Of a DNA stretch of 64,000 nucleotides, positions 31,463 to 45,858 are shown piece after piece (positions within the stretch are counted from its first letter, which is position 1; every line of letters begins with the position of its first letter). The DNA comes from the human T2T-CHM13v2.0 reference genome, Homo sapiens, in assembly GCF_009914755.1 (NCBI RefSeq), contig NC_060942.1, one strand, 5' to 3'. A program made the position numbers and the translations under genes. The notes under the pieces were generated by a model that worked only from the letters and a program-made list of their open reading frames with translations, ran no database searches and was not told the DNA's origin.

Positions 31463-32793
31463 TGAGGTCATCACTTTAATAGGCTGGATAGGCAAATCAC
31501 CGAAATGTTATTAGTACAGTTACATATTTATTTGGTGGTGTAATGAAATATACAATTTTCATAACTATAACCTAAGAAGGATTCGTAGTAGAATTAAAAA
31601 AAAAAAGATATCCCTTCCTTCAGTAGTAAGGGTAAGATACGTATGATATGAGTGGGGGAAAAGAGCTTTTCTTAATTATTTTAGACATAAATAGATAATA
31701 AATGTAATGTTTTAAAATAAAAGTATTTAACTTCGAAGAACGATACCTCATACCAAGTACAAAATCATATTTATAAGAGGAATAGTCCCATTTTTTTTGC
31801 TTATATGGAAAATATACTTTAATGGATTAAACCTTGCATCATGTTTTTTCTTTATTACCCGTTTTGGTATTTTGAGTAAGCAATAAAGAACTATAATTTA
31901 CTTTCTACTAAAATATCTCTAACTTGTCATTTAAAAGACAAAGAATGAATTCAGAAGACTTCAATAATACCAACACCACTTTAAACACCAATGTAATCCT
32001 TTAGTATTTATCCAAATTGCTGTTCCTTCCTTGATCAATTGCTCCAGTTACCATCGTTAAATGTTTGTTTAATGTGAAGTCTACACAAAGAATGAAAACC
32101 ATGTGACTCAGCATTGCTTTTGTCTCATGTTCTCTATAAGATGTAAATGGATTCTGGAAGCACTAAAAGTTTAAACCTTAAAGGCTTTTTGAGATACATG
32201 ATGAGCAGTAGAACTCTAATCAATTAACTTCGTTACAAGTGGAAAATAATAACAATGGTCTATTTAAAATATACAACATTAAAACTTATGCCAAAAAAAC
32301 CACAGATTTTGATTATAAATGAATTAAGTTCAATGCAGAAAATTTCAAAAATTGAGTTGACAGAAGGAAGTGGAATTTGTCCTGTTGTTCTGGTTCTGTA
32401 ATAAAGGTAAGTATTTAACTTTGAAAAAAGATATGTAAATACCAAGCACAAAGTGATATTTATAAGAGGCATAGTCTCATATGCCTGATCATATGGAAAA
32501 TATGCTTTAACCTATTAGACCTTTCAACATATCTTACCTCGGAAAATTTTCTATCTAGTAGCCCCTTTGGACAACCATAATACCTAATTTTATTGGTTAT
32601 ATTGTAAATGTATAATCAGCCAGCGTGAACTGGTTAATAGATGGGAATTCGAGTCAGTGCTATGCTCTACTCCTCTGCTGTTTGGGAGTAGATTACTTTT
32701 GTGTTAGCTTATTTAATAGTCTTTTTATATGTCTTGATTTACCAAGTTGATAGAGTTTATTTTTTATCTCTTTGCTATTTCCTACTTGTATAG

Positions 32794-32937
<144 letters not shown>

Positions 32938-35900
32938 TGAGGAAATGTCTACTTTGGACCCTTGATAATGGTGTTTCCCAGGTTCTGTGGAAATTAGAAC
33001 ATGTGTTCCCTATGGTGTCTCAATTATACCTTATCCTATATAAAATAGTTCATCCTCTATAGTTCATAGCACTTTTATATCTAAGAGTATTCTCCTCACA
33101 CTAGAAAAAACATGAATCTCCAATGGCTTAAGTAATCTGCTTTCATGATTAATACACGGTTTCTTCAGGGTGTTAACTCAGGGGATCTGACTATAAATCT
33201 TCTTTTCACTACATTTAAGTAAAGAACAGAAATCCATCCAATGAACTTGGTCCAAAACAGTTGTGTCTTTGAACAATTGTCATGGTAGGTATTTCTCATT
33301 TTGAAAAAAAGAAAAATAGATGCAAAAGAAAGCATTGCATTACAACCGAAGTCTCATGGATATTTACTGTGAATAACCTTGGCTGGATATGGGAAGGAGT
33401 TTCCAGGTGGTTTTGTTCACTCCTGGGAAATGGGGTAACATAATAGAAGACCTTTATGCAATTTTAAATAGTTCAAATCTAGGGTAATGCAATTCACTGT
33501 AATTTTTACTGGTCACATTTACTATGGATCGTAAATGTAGAGTTTATAACTTTAACAAGGATGCAGTGTACTTGACATTTATAGTTCACAGAAATCCAAC
33601 TTCTGAAGAATCCAGGGCTTAACATGTTTTTTTGATGGGTTTCATAATATATCATATTTGTGGGTAAACTGCACCAATTTTCAAATTTTAAAAAAATGCT
33701 AATAAAGCTGTTTCCTGGGTAAGTTGAATTTATCTTTCCATTAGAATTTGTCCCATGGGATTGCAGTTCTAATTTTTAACTCCAACTATTATTTTAACTA
33801 TTAGAGTTCTAGTGAGAATATTTTTACATATCTGTGGATACTTCTTTCAACAAGAAGATTTCTAGTTGACCTAATTTAATTTTAACATCCTATTTTTCTA
33901 TTTTACCTGTTATTATCTCTTCTTCTCAGAATTCCACCCTGAATGCACAATGTTCACAGCTTCTTAGGGTTAATAAGACCAGCCGGATGAGATACATACT
34001 ATTGGATAGAGTAAACAAGTAAACAGTCTACTCTTCCTTTTTACTTGAAAGGAGATGAATGTAGATAAATGTGAAATAGTAAGAAATTTGGCCTTCCCTG
34101 TGTGAAAGAGAAGTAGTAGTATTTTCATCTTAATACAAGCAAATTCATTCATTTTTTTCCTCTCATAAACATAAAATGCACACCAACATCTGACTTGATA
34201 TATGCACCCTATTGATTTCTCATCAACCGCCTAGCCTTGTAGGGACACCAGTGGTGAGACCCATTGCTAACAAAAAGATACTAACTTTTAGAAATGTGGT
34301 TAGTAGAAAAGGTAATAATCTGGACAAAGGTGTAAATAGCACATGGATAGGATCCCTGAGTGATGATGAGAAGTAAGAAGTAATTCACAAGTGTCTGCAG
34401 GTTTATAACTGTGAGAAGGAAATTCAGTGAATAAAATAACTCTAAAGTTTGCTTCTAGTTCTGCAGTAAGATAAAGACCATATGGGGCTACACCATTATG
34501 TGTTGAAATGGCTTGTGATAAAGATACGAGTGACTGGAAATTTTTTGAAATCAAGCATTTCATTCTGTCCAGATAATGAATCCTTCATTTGGTTTTGGTT
34601 AACTGAAGTAAAATAAACGTGACAGGAAGGACACTTTAAATAATTAGGCCTTGGAAAGAGACAGGCATCAGCCTTATTATTCCTAGGCTGTAGAAGTGAG
34701 GAACTGTTGGTTTATCCCTTCAAGGTGCTACCATAGTAATTATTTGACTCCACCTTTTTTATTTCCTTGTATGTAGATTCAGTGTCACAAAAGAGAGAAT
34801 ATTATTGGCATCTTTTGAGACAGGTGATCACACAGCTAAGGAGAAGATGGGATAAGACCATGGAATTCCCAACTGATATTGCTACCAAGCTTTCATGATA
34901 TAGAGGAGAGCTTGTTTTCCAAAGAGAAAAAACAAGTCCTCCTTTAAAAGGAAGAGGAGAGGATGGGATGCTGGACAGTGCAAGTAACAAATGCCCAATA
35001 CAATTCCTATGGCTGAAATCTTCTGAAACTTAAATGTTACCTTCCATTCATGTACTTAATAAAGAAATGGAAGTATAGGAAAAAATGAGAGCCAAAGAAA
35101 TCAGAGGGCAGTGCTTGTCTAGTGGACCAAGATATTAATTAAGGGTTTTTAATAATGTTAATTTATAATTGTCATGCCTTGAGATACGAACTTGGTAAGG
35201 AGAATATAGTCTATGTCTTTGAGCGAATTGTGGTCCAATAAAAAAGAAAAAGCATTTTTTTAAATTCCTGAAGTAATATCAGAAATATAATCATAAAATT
35301 GTGGACAAGTTAAAATCAGAGCAAACAAAGTACAGATTCTGTCTGGAAAAATAAGAGGAAGTTTCACAAAATAAATGAGGTTTGAGCTATGGCTTAGTTG
35401 AATTATCACATACTAATTCCAGGGACTTCCAAAGAATGGAAAACTCATGTGCAAAAATACCCAAGCAGGTGTCAGAAAGATGATGTGTTAAAGAGATACT
35501 TATGATTGGCTCAAAGTGAGTTGAGCACAGTGTTCATGGGACAACAAGGGGAATGAAGTACATAAAATAAAACAGAATATAAATCCTAGAGGTCCTGGTG
35601 TTTATTTTTATTTATTTATATTTAATCCAAAGAGAATGGGTAGACAATGAAGAATTTCTAGAAATCATTCCAGGCAGAACTCAAGAACTCAGGAGAAGAG
35701 CAAGGCAGAGGAATTCTGCTCGACTTAGTAGGGATTATTGAAATTGTGAGGGCCATATTATTTTTCAAATATTAAGGAACAGTGTGCAGTTCACATAATA
35801 ATGCTAGACATTTAGGTCATTAATTCCAATACCAAATTTTTATTCACCAATATTCACATGACTTGAGGAAAAATAAGAGCTTGCACAGCACCTGAATTAG

Positions 35901-37354
35901 ATTGGTTGTTAGATTTTTTTAAATTAAATAACTAATTCTTCATTGTATTATATTGATAGCTAAAGTTGAAGAATCACTTTATCCTTTTTCAATGCGTAAC
36001 AGATTCAGTGAAGCAATCTAATCATCCTCATTTGACTATTTTCTAAACAAACATCAATTTGAATTTTAACATAGTTAAGACAAAACAGGCTATTTTCACT
36101 AGTAAAAAAGACAAAGATTTTAATTACTTCCAGAAGTGGAAAATTCCTTATTACGTTTGATGTATACTAATCTAAGTTATTTTGTGACTATATCTTAGCT
36201 TCCTATTCATAGCCGGGAAAATATCCTGAATGACCTCTCTGTGAGAATAATCCTTCTTTAAGACAGCATTGTCTTTTTAGTATTTTGCCATAATGAATCT
36301 GCATTTCTTGCAAGAATGTCCAGATATGGTTTCATTAAGCCATATATATCATATTATATTAGACTGCATATGTTATTTTATACTGTATTAGTATCTATGC
36401 AGTCTTTTTACTAAGGGATCAACTATACTCCACCTATGTTTTCTTCTCCTTCATTCCCCCCTCCTCTTCTAATTCTCTTTCTCCATCCATCCCTTCTTCT
36501 TTTTTGAAAATGTGAATATATTAAGTACATTGTCAATGATTAAAATTAAGTGCACGTTTGGTTAACCTGGAATCCCAGTGACTTTGAAGATCACGGTGTT
36601 GGAAAGAAAATAGTATGATAGATGGGAATGATTGATGTCTCCTCTATTTGGCTCATATTTGGAACACTATTCAGGAAGAGATACTAGAAATACAGTGTTA
36701 ATAATGTCCAGATTCTGCAATATATGACCAACAGAAGTACGAAAGAGAATAGGGTGAAGATGAGTTCAGAATTAGAGACTGATTTCTAACTATCTTTTCC
36801 TACACAGAATTTTTATGTGGAGACCAGGAAATTACTCCAGATCCCAAACACGGAACCCAATACGTTCTGAATCTGCCTTTGTTAGACTAAGGGTAGCAAA
36901 GTTGCCGTGGATAACAGACTTGTGGCATTGTGAGCTACCCAGAAGGAAAACTTGTCTTCCAAAACGTAGAAAGTGAGAGAGCAGATTGGAAGAAGCCTGG
37001 AAGATCCTTGGCTAGCTTAACCAGTTTGCTGCCACCTTTAAATATTTAAAATTGTTTTGAGTACAACATGTGGGAGAAGTAGTCTTAGGAGCAGGACTTC
37101 GTGCCATCTTACTTCATGCTGGATTGATACTAAGACACTCATAGTTATTTTTTACGTCTTCTATTTTAATTTCTCATGTGTGCCTTCCTGTTGGTTTAGA
37201 AGATGCCTAATATGTCACCTAGCTAAGATATTTTGACCCCAGTTTTATCTCATTTTAAAAACTTTTTGGCTTTTAAGGAAGTATAGACTTAGGTGACATT
37301 TTTATTTATAAATGCCTGCAGTTGTAACAGAATTCTTCTGAAGACATGTAATCA

Positions 37355-37586
37355 TCCAGCGTGGCAACATAGACCCATCTCTACAAAAATCAAAATTAAA
37401 ATTAAAAATTAGAGTAGTGGTGTGCAACAGTGGATCCGGCTACTCAGGAGGCTGAGATGGGAGGATCACTTGAGCCCAGGAGGTTGAGTCTGAAGTGAGC
37501 TATGATTGCACCACTGCACTCCAGCCTGGGTAACAGAGCAAGACCCTGTCTCAAAAAAAAAAATAAATAAATAAATAAATAATAAA
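37355..37586 (+). mobile_element. Partial AluJ-like element (mainly right monomer)
   Basis: ggaggatcacttgagcccaggagg...gcactccagcctgggtaacagagcaagaccctgtctc with A/(TAAA)n tail. Confidence 0.88.
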
Positions 37587-37948
37587 CTAGAAAAAGATAT
37601 GTAATCATCAATCTCACTAAGTATACATTTCTTCATTCTTATAATGATTCTTTTATTTTTAGTGTGAGCCCACTTGAAATACCAGTTGTACTTTTCTCCT
37701 TTATATTCACACATACTCTCTTCTGTTCTCTATAGTCACACCTTGGGAATCATTTGATTTCCATAAAAATTATTAATTTTTGTATCCTTGTTTGCTTATT
37801 CAAATCCTTGAAATAAACTGTAAATGGCAAAATAGACATGATATACTTCTTGATAGATTCTGAATGTCAACATCATGATGAAATTTCCAACAATGTTTAT
37901 TTTCTTTCACATCCAATGACAAGGCCTTATCTCTGTCTCACCTCACAG

Positions 37949-38056
37949 CCCCCACCTCTGCTCCCAAGGACTTGACAGTCATTACTAGGGAAGGGAAGCC
38001 TCGTGCCGTCATTGTGAGTTGGCAGCCTCCCTTGGAAGCCAATGGGAAAATTACTG
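37949..38056 (+). CDS. DCC: DCC coding exon (about exon 19), first part of FN3-6
   Basis: Acceptor cctcacag|CC, donor ACTG|gtaagc; 108 nt, phase 1/1. Translates (A)[35 protein letters not shown](A). Confidence 0.97.
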
Positions 38057-38236
38057 GTAAGCATCTCCACTTTCTCTCCCAGCATAGCTCTCCCTTGTCC
38101 TATAATTGCTTACCCCCTACATGAGCTGCTCCTGCCTTTCGTGTGGCATTATTCTGTCCCTACATCTCAGCTGACTCCATGACCCTTTTTGATTGTTTCT
38201 TCTTTCCCCTTTTGACCATGGAATTCTTCTAATGGT

Positions 38237-38237
<1 letters not shown>

Positions 38238-38280
<43 letters not shown>
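38238..38280. repeat. (CA)n microsatellite about 180 nt downstream of exon 19
   Basis: Direct reading. Confidence 0.97.
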
Positions 38281-38284
<4 letters not shown>

Positions 38285-39610
38285 TTTGATTTGCTTCACG
38301 AAAGATGTGTATTTCAATTAGAATAGACCTTTTTGTTTTTCATTCTCTGAAGCATTAAGACCACTTTCTAATGGAGTGCCCTGAGTATAAATGTCTATAA
38401 AGAAGCTGGTTGTTTGGCAATTATGAAACACAAAAGATGCTTAATGACTGTGTTTGTGTGTGTTTGTGTGTATGGCACATACGGAGGTTTGGGGATTTTT
38501 AGTTTCTCACTTAGGTTTTAGCTTCTTACTTAAATCATAAAGTTCACAAAACACTTAATATTGACTGACAGAAATTGAACATAATGAATATTTCACAGTG
38601 ACAGATTTTATTTTGCCAAATATTGCTGATAACATCAATGCCTAATTAAAGCATCCATTAGAAGCCTGTAATGTTAATTTAGTATGAAAAATATAATGGA
38701 GTTCTATCAGAGATTTTGCATTTAAATGATCACTTTAGGCTTTTAATAGATGTCTCCATAGCATATAATTATTATGAAAAATATTGTATAACTCAAAATG
38801 TGAACATTATAGTCTAATTAACTTGAACCATTGGGTTAGGAACATGGAAGAGTCACTCCTTTTTTCCTTCTTTTTTTGCATACAAGAGCTGGATAGCACT
38901 ATTATAAATTAACAAAGTAATTCAGCCGTCCCGTGATACAGAGAGATAAGCATGGAAATTATACTTTCAGAAGGCACACTTACTTTATGTAATTTACTTT
39001 CTGAATTTTGCAAAATGAAAAGATAACGTGAAAATTCCAAATAGGATTGAAATTTAAGTTGAAAATTTGTTTTCTCTAGGAAATTGCTCTTAGCACAATA
39101 GCAAACAGAATTTTTATTCGAGCTGACAAATATGGAAAAAGAAGTGAGGCACAAAATTTCCCCAAGATCTTATATGTTCACTTGTCAGTGTGCCAGGCCT
39201 TTTAAAACTGAGACTGGCTCATTCCAATTTTCTTTTTTTCCCCCTCATTGTTATAATCTCTTTTCATTGGTTCTATGTCAGTAGTTGTGTAGCTTTTGAT
39301 TTGTTTATATTTTATTTTGTTATAATCAATTATTTATAAGCTTATGGGAAATCAACAGTAATAAGTCTGAGGAGAAAAAAACAGAAAGCTGTCTAAATAA
39401 AAACAGGTTCTGATAGAAAAAGATGTTTTTGGCAAAGGAAAAATAAGTCATATTCTCCACTCATTTGAATTCTCCACTCTTATTTAAGTAAATCTTATCA
39501 GTCAGTGTAAACAATAGAATAAGTTTTTAACTCTGGAAGAAAGCTTAATTTTGCTTCTTCAGGAAAAAAAAAAAAATAGAAGTCTAGCCCATATTAAGAA
39601 ATGCAAATTT

Positions 39611-39938
<328 letters not shown>

Positions 39939-41582
39939 TTAATCTAAGCAATAAAATTGTATATGCCAAAATCACAGTGCATATAAAAGAAACTTTGTCC
40001 ACACTCTTTACTTAGATTTATACGTTCAATGGATCTTACTATTAAAAATCCATTCTCTCACAGTGGAAAAATAAAAGTATGGGAGACAATGCTTTTGCCT
40101 TTAAAAGCCTGGCTTATTTATGAAAACAAAATTGTATTATCAAGTTGAGATATTCCTACTCAATTTAACAGGGAGCAAACAATAAGAACCCTTAAGAGAA
40201 TTTCTGTGTCATGTGTATTTTGATTTATTTATTCAAATTACTTCCAGAAAATAGAATGATAAAATATTCAAAATACTACACCACTAAGCAGAGGGCACAA
40301 ATTTGCTATTCTCAGCTTCCTGTGGAAGTGCAACAATTAATAATAAAAAGTAAAAAAAAAAAAAAAGAAATGAGCTCTTTCTCAGTGCGACCAGGTAGAT
40401 GTGTGCCAAGGAGGGATGTGCTCTCATGTAACCTCTGTATTGTTTTGTTTTCCTAAATCTTTCATGTGTATGGCAGGCAGTAGAGCAGGATAGTTAAGAA
40501 CTCAGGCTTCTAAGGGAGACACATGAGGAAGTCATTTAACATCCTTGAGTCCCACTTTCTCGGTTTCTCACCTATAAAATAAAGATAGTAATAGAACCGC
40601 ACTAGAATAATTGTTGTAATACAGTGCTGAGAAAAGCCCCTGATACCCAGTGGGCACTGACACGAATCGGCTATTATTATTCCAGTTTGAAATCCATTCT
40701 AGGGTGAGGCTTTACTAATGTGCTTTATACAGAATCCAGATCATCAGTTTTTAAATATAAGTACTCAAAAAGATTAAACAAAAAAGGAGGAAATTCAGAT
40801 AATCACAGTGCCTAAATTCTCTGATCATAAACTGGAAACTTAGGAATTTGGACTGACATTTTCAGAAGAAAATGATTCAAAATACATTAAGCATTTATTA
40901 TATGCTTGGCATTCTTCTGAGATCTTTAGTATGATATAAATGATTACATATTCCTATTATTCCATTTTAAAATGAAAAGCTTAGGCCTTTCCTGAGTAAA
41001 TAACTTACCCAAAATCAAATAAGCAAGAAGTGGCAGAGCTAGGATTTAAAACTCAGGTTTATACTCTTAATTATTACACTATGTTTTGCTCCAATTTATT
41101 AGTATTCTACTGGTCTAAATCAGTGATTTGCAGCTGAGATTTTAATTTAATTCATATGAGAAGGGACTGAGCATGGTAATTTTTAAAAGCTTCCCAAGTG
41201 ACTTATTGTATAGCCAGAGATATGAAACATAGGCCTAAATAAATGCAGTGCCCAACACTATTTAAGATCTGAGACTAACACAAATAGAAGAGTTAGGTCT
41301 TTCAGAGATTGTTTCCTTATTAATACAGTCTAATATGTAAGGTTATATTCTCTTTTTCTGTGTCATTTGATAGCCTAGTTTAATTTGTCTCCCTTTTGTA
41401 AAATCATCAAACCACTTTTCTTCCCACCACCAGGATATAGCTTCTCAGTCTGATTTGCAGAAATTTCTTCCACTTGATATTGCTTTCCAGAAGGCAGATC
41501 TTTTTATTCCCTTTGTTACTTTCTCTGGAAAAGTGTCTATAGTAGAGTTAGGGATTCTGAGGTTTAAAAAAAAAAGAGAAAG

Positions 41583-41953
<371 letters not shown>

Positions 41954-42604
41954 TTATATAGAAATTTATAAGGTAAGCTTCAATAATGAATTTATTATCT
42001 CTCAAATATACCAAACATACACATCCCAATGAAGTTGCTTGTTTTCTCTGAGGCCATTTTTTAGACTTTTGAATGATGAGGTCTGTTTCTATTCTCCATC
42101 TCAGTTCTTAAATTTTAAGAAAAGGGTAGGCTTCACCACATATATAAGGAATTTGCTCAGATACAATTTGGAATTGTCAGAAACTGATGTCTGCACCTTC
42201 AACTTTAGTTTGATCCCAGAGCTGTCATTTTTAAATGCTTAAGTGAATAATTTTACATAGATTAAAAACATAGTGAAGACAAATATTTTATCATCATCTG
42301 ATAAATGAGGAGACTCGGGAATCAGTGCAGTTGACCTGGGATGGGGGCAAAATTCTCCAATTTTCCAGTTTCATCATGCACTTAAAACAGCCCATGAAAA
42401 TTTTTAACGATTTCATTAAATATCTAAATGTAAAACTTATGTACTTACAGGCTAAAGGATTTCATTCAATAAGTGACTTTCGATACCTCTTATGTGAATA
42501 TGATTTTATTAGATTTTTGGGGGGAATAAAAAAGTAATAAGATATGGCTCCTGAACTAAAGAAATGTTTTTATCCTTTTGAAGAGGTAGGACATGCACAT
42601 AATA

Positions 42605-42687
42605 GAATATATACATATATATATACAAATTTTATATATATCTTTTATATTTAGCTGCATATATATATCTCCAGTGATTTTTATTCT

Positions 42688-42724
<37 letters not shown>

Positions 42725-42900
42725 CTATTACTCTCTCTATATATATATGTTCAGTAACTTTTACATAGATAAAAACATAGTGAAGGCAAATATTTCATAT
42801 ATATCTATAACATATTTATCTTAGATATATTACATAGTAATATATGGATATTTATAGAAATGTATACTCAGAAATGTGTGTATGTACACACACATATATC
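42605..42900. repeat. TA-rich low-complexity region with a pure (TA)n run at about 42690-42720
   Basis: Direct reading. Confidence 0.85.
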
Positions 42901-43339
42901 TCCAGTAGCAGGGTCTTCTTTTTAATAGATGTGGAGATGTGGATCTTCATGGACAAGATTGGAGACTGCTCTGGTTCAAAGAATATGAGGCAATTTTATT
43001 GATGTTTATCATGGGGGCTGAATTACAAAGGGATGGACACACATGAGACAGAAAACAACTCCTTTATCAAACGATATTCATAATCCCTTTTGAATTTTAG
43101 AACTCCAAGTTTAATATTTAACAGACAGAAAGGTCATACAACTTTTTAAGGTTTGTGGAATTCTTTATGTTGGTAAGGCTTTTAGTTTCGAAGCTCTCAA
43201 CATCTCAAGATATTCATATTTTCATCATTGACATCACAACAAATGCCAAAAATGTACAGATCCCACATATCCATTATGTCCCTGACCTTGTTGATCACAG
43301 TAATCATTTGGGGTGTAGATTACTGAGGTTACCCTTGAC

Positions 43340-43851
43340 CTGTAGTATTAGAAGCCTATTGTTGTATAGCAATATTATCACAAATGTAGCAGGGTAAAAC
43401 TGCACATATTTGTTATCTTATGGTTTTTGTGAGTCTGGAATCTGAGCACAGTTTAGCTTTGGGGTCTCTTACAAGGCTGCAAATTCAAATGTTCACCTGG
43501 CTGAGGTCTCATCTTTGGTTTCACAGGGGAAATAGTTGCTTTTAAGCTTATGTAATTGTTGTCATGGCTGTTGGCCAGAAACCACCCTCAGTTCCTGCCA
43601 CAAAGTATTCTCCATTGGGCAGACGTCTTCATCAAAGGCGAAAGAAGAGAGTCGGGTATCTGCTAGCAAGGCAGATGTCATGATCTTATGTAACACAATT
43701 GTGAAATTGATATTCCATTGCATTTCCTGTCTTCTATCGGTTAGAAACAAGACTTAGGGCCCATCTACATACCGACAGAAAGGAATACACAAGGGCATGA
43801 TATTACTAGAGGATGAGGATAATTGGTGGCCATCAAAGATTGTTTACCACA
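43340..43851. mobile_element. MaLR LTR (MLT1E/F-like)
   Basis: tgttatcttatggtttttgtgagtctggaatctgagcacagtttagct...ggctgttggccagaaaccaccctcagttcctgccac...tttaccaca. Confidence 0.7.
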
Positions 43852-45531
43852 TGTATTAAATCAACATATCCTGTCTTGGGGTCTGTATTTTATGATCTGT
43901 ACCTATCCTTCAGGTAACTATTATGATTACGCAGATTTGGGAAATACCAAACCTAGGGGAAAGGTGAAAGTCAATACAAAATAGATGTAAGTTTTCAGCA
44001 TTGTTCAAAATTTAAGAGAAATGGGCTTCCAGATGTTGGAGATTGTAACATTGCTTAATCCTACGTAATCAGAAGGACAAAATATCCAGTGACGCATCCC
44101 CCAAGCCCAGGCATAATTCTATAAGGCACTATGGGATTAAGTGATGAGTGATATAAAATGGCACATGTGTTTTTACTTTATTGAAGTGTATTACCATGTT
44201 TATGGAGAGGAGAGCTTGTGATTGAGGAAGGTTTCATAGGCCAGATATACCTTAAAGTAGACCTTAATGGATGAGTAGGATTTGGATGGAGTGAAGAAAG
44301 GTGGAATGGTGTGGGAATAAGCGGGAAGGAAGAAGAATCATGGAATGGAGAATAGTCTTCCTGTAGCGAAGGTTTGTGCTGAGATGTACATAGTGTGCAT
44401 GGCTATTTTCTGAGTCTGAGAACCCTCTGACATAACCCTTAACCACTGCGAAGACCTGTGGGTGAAGGTCCCCAGTCCAGCTGGGACAAGAGGGACTCAA
44501 AAGGAAAGAATAGGTAAATCAAAGGAAGACACTTGTTCTTAAGAAAACGACTTACAAAGAATGTATTTGATGCATAAATAGAATGAGGGACACTTATAGC
44601 CTATGTTATATAGATAGCATTGAAGAATTGTGGCAGAAATGGAGATCAGCACGACATTTGTTTATCAATGACACCTATCATGAGCGCCTTTACGGTGTTA
44701 TCTGGCAATATAATATAAAAGTTGTTGATTAATGTTTTTAAATTAGAGCTAGGTCACAAATTGGTTAAGTATAATGTTAGAGTATAAATATGTGACAGGA
44801 ATCCATGAATTTGTTCGGGTGCATATTAGACTATCATGACTGAGTACACACAACTAGCACTCAAGTAACATATCCCCTAACACAGAAAATCAATAATACT
44901 ATATAAACATAGGTTATTAATATCTGAGATAATAACTAGATCATGTACAGTTATCCAGCAATACTTATTTCTTTGACAAGCTAGACTGGACTGGGAGAAA
45001 TAGTATACTGGTAAAGAATCCCATACATAGTCTGGTGGTAAAGAATATTGCCCAGACCTTTTACCAATCAGTTTGGGTCACCTGCAGCTTCACCGTCTGT
45101 GAAAGGAAAGCAACACCGCCCCTGGCAACCTCACTAAGTTGTTACAGTGATCAAATATCATTTATTTATATTACACTTTAAACATGTATAGCATTTTATA
45201 CCTTCCAATACATTTTTATTAAGCACAAGCCAAAATAAATATTGTTTATTTTCATCATTGGACTACAGGGAAAATTATACAGACTTGTTATCTCTGTTTT
45301 ACATTTTTCATCATGCTTTCATATTAGAACAAACTAATAATCAGGATTTATAGGTAGCAGAAAGCACACATTTTTAAATGTGGCAGATATTTTTACTTCT
45401 AACAGCTTATTCTATTTTCTGATTCTGTACATTGCAGCAATTATTTATCTAATCCTTGCATTATGAAAAAAAGACATTACTTACAGAACTGCTGTAGTTT
45501 ACAGATTGTGGACATATAATAATTATTGTAA

Positions 45532-45858
<327 letters not shown>

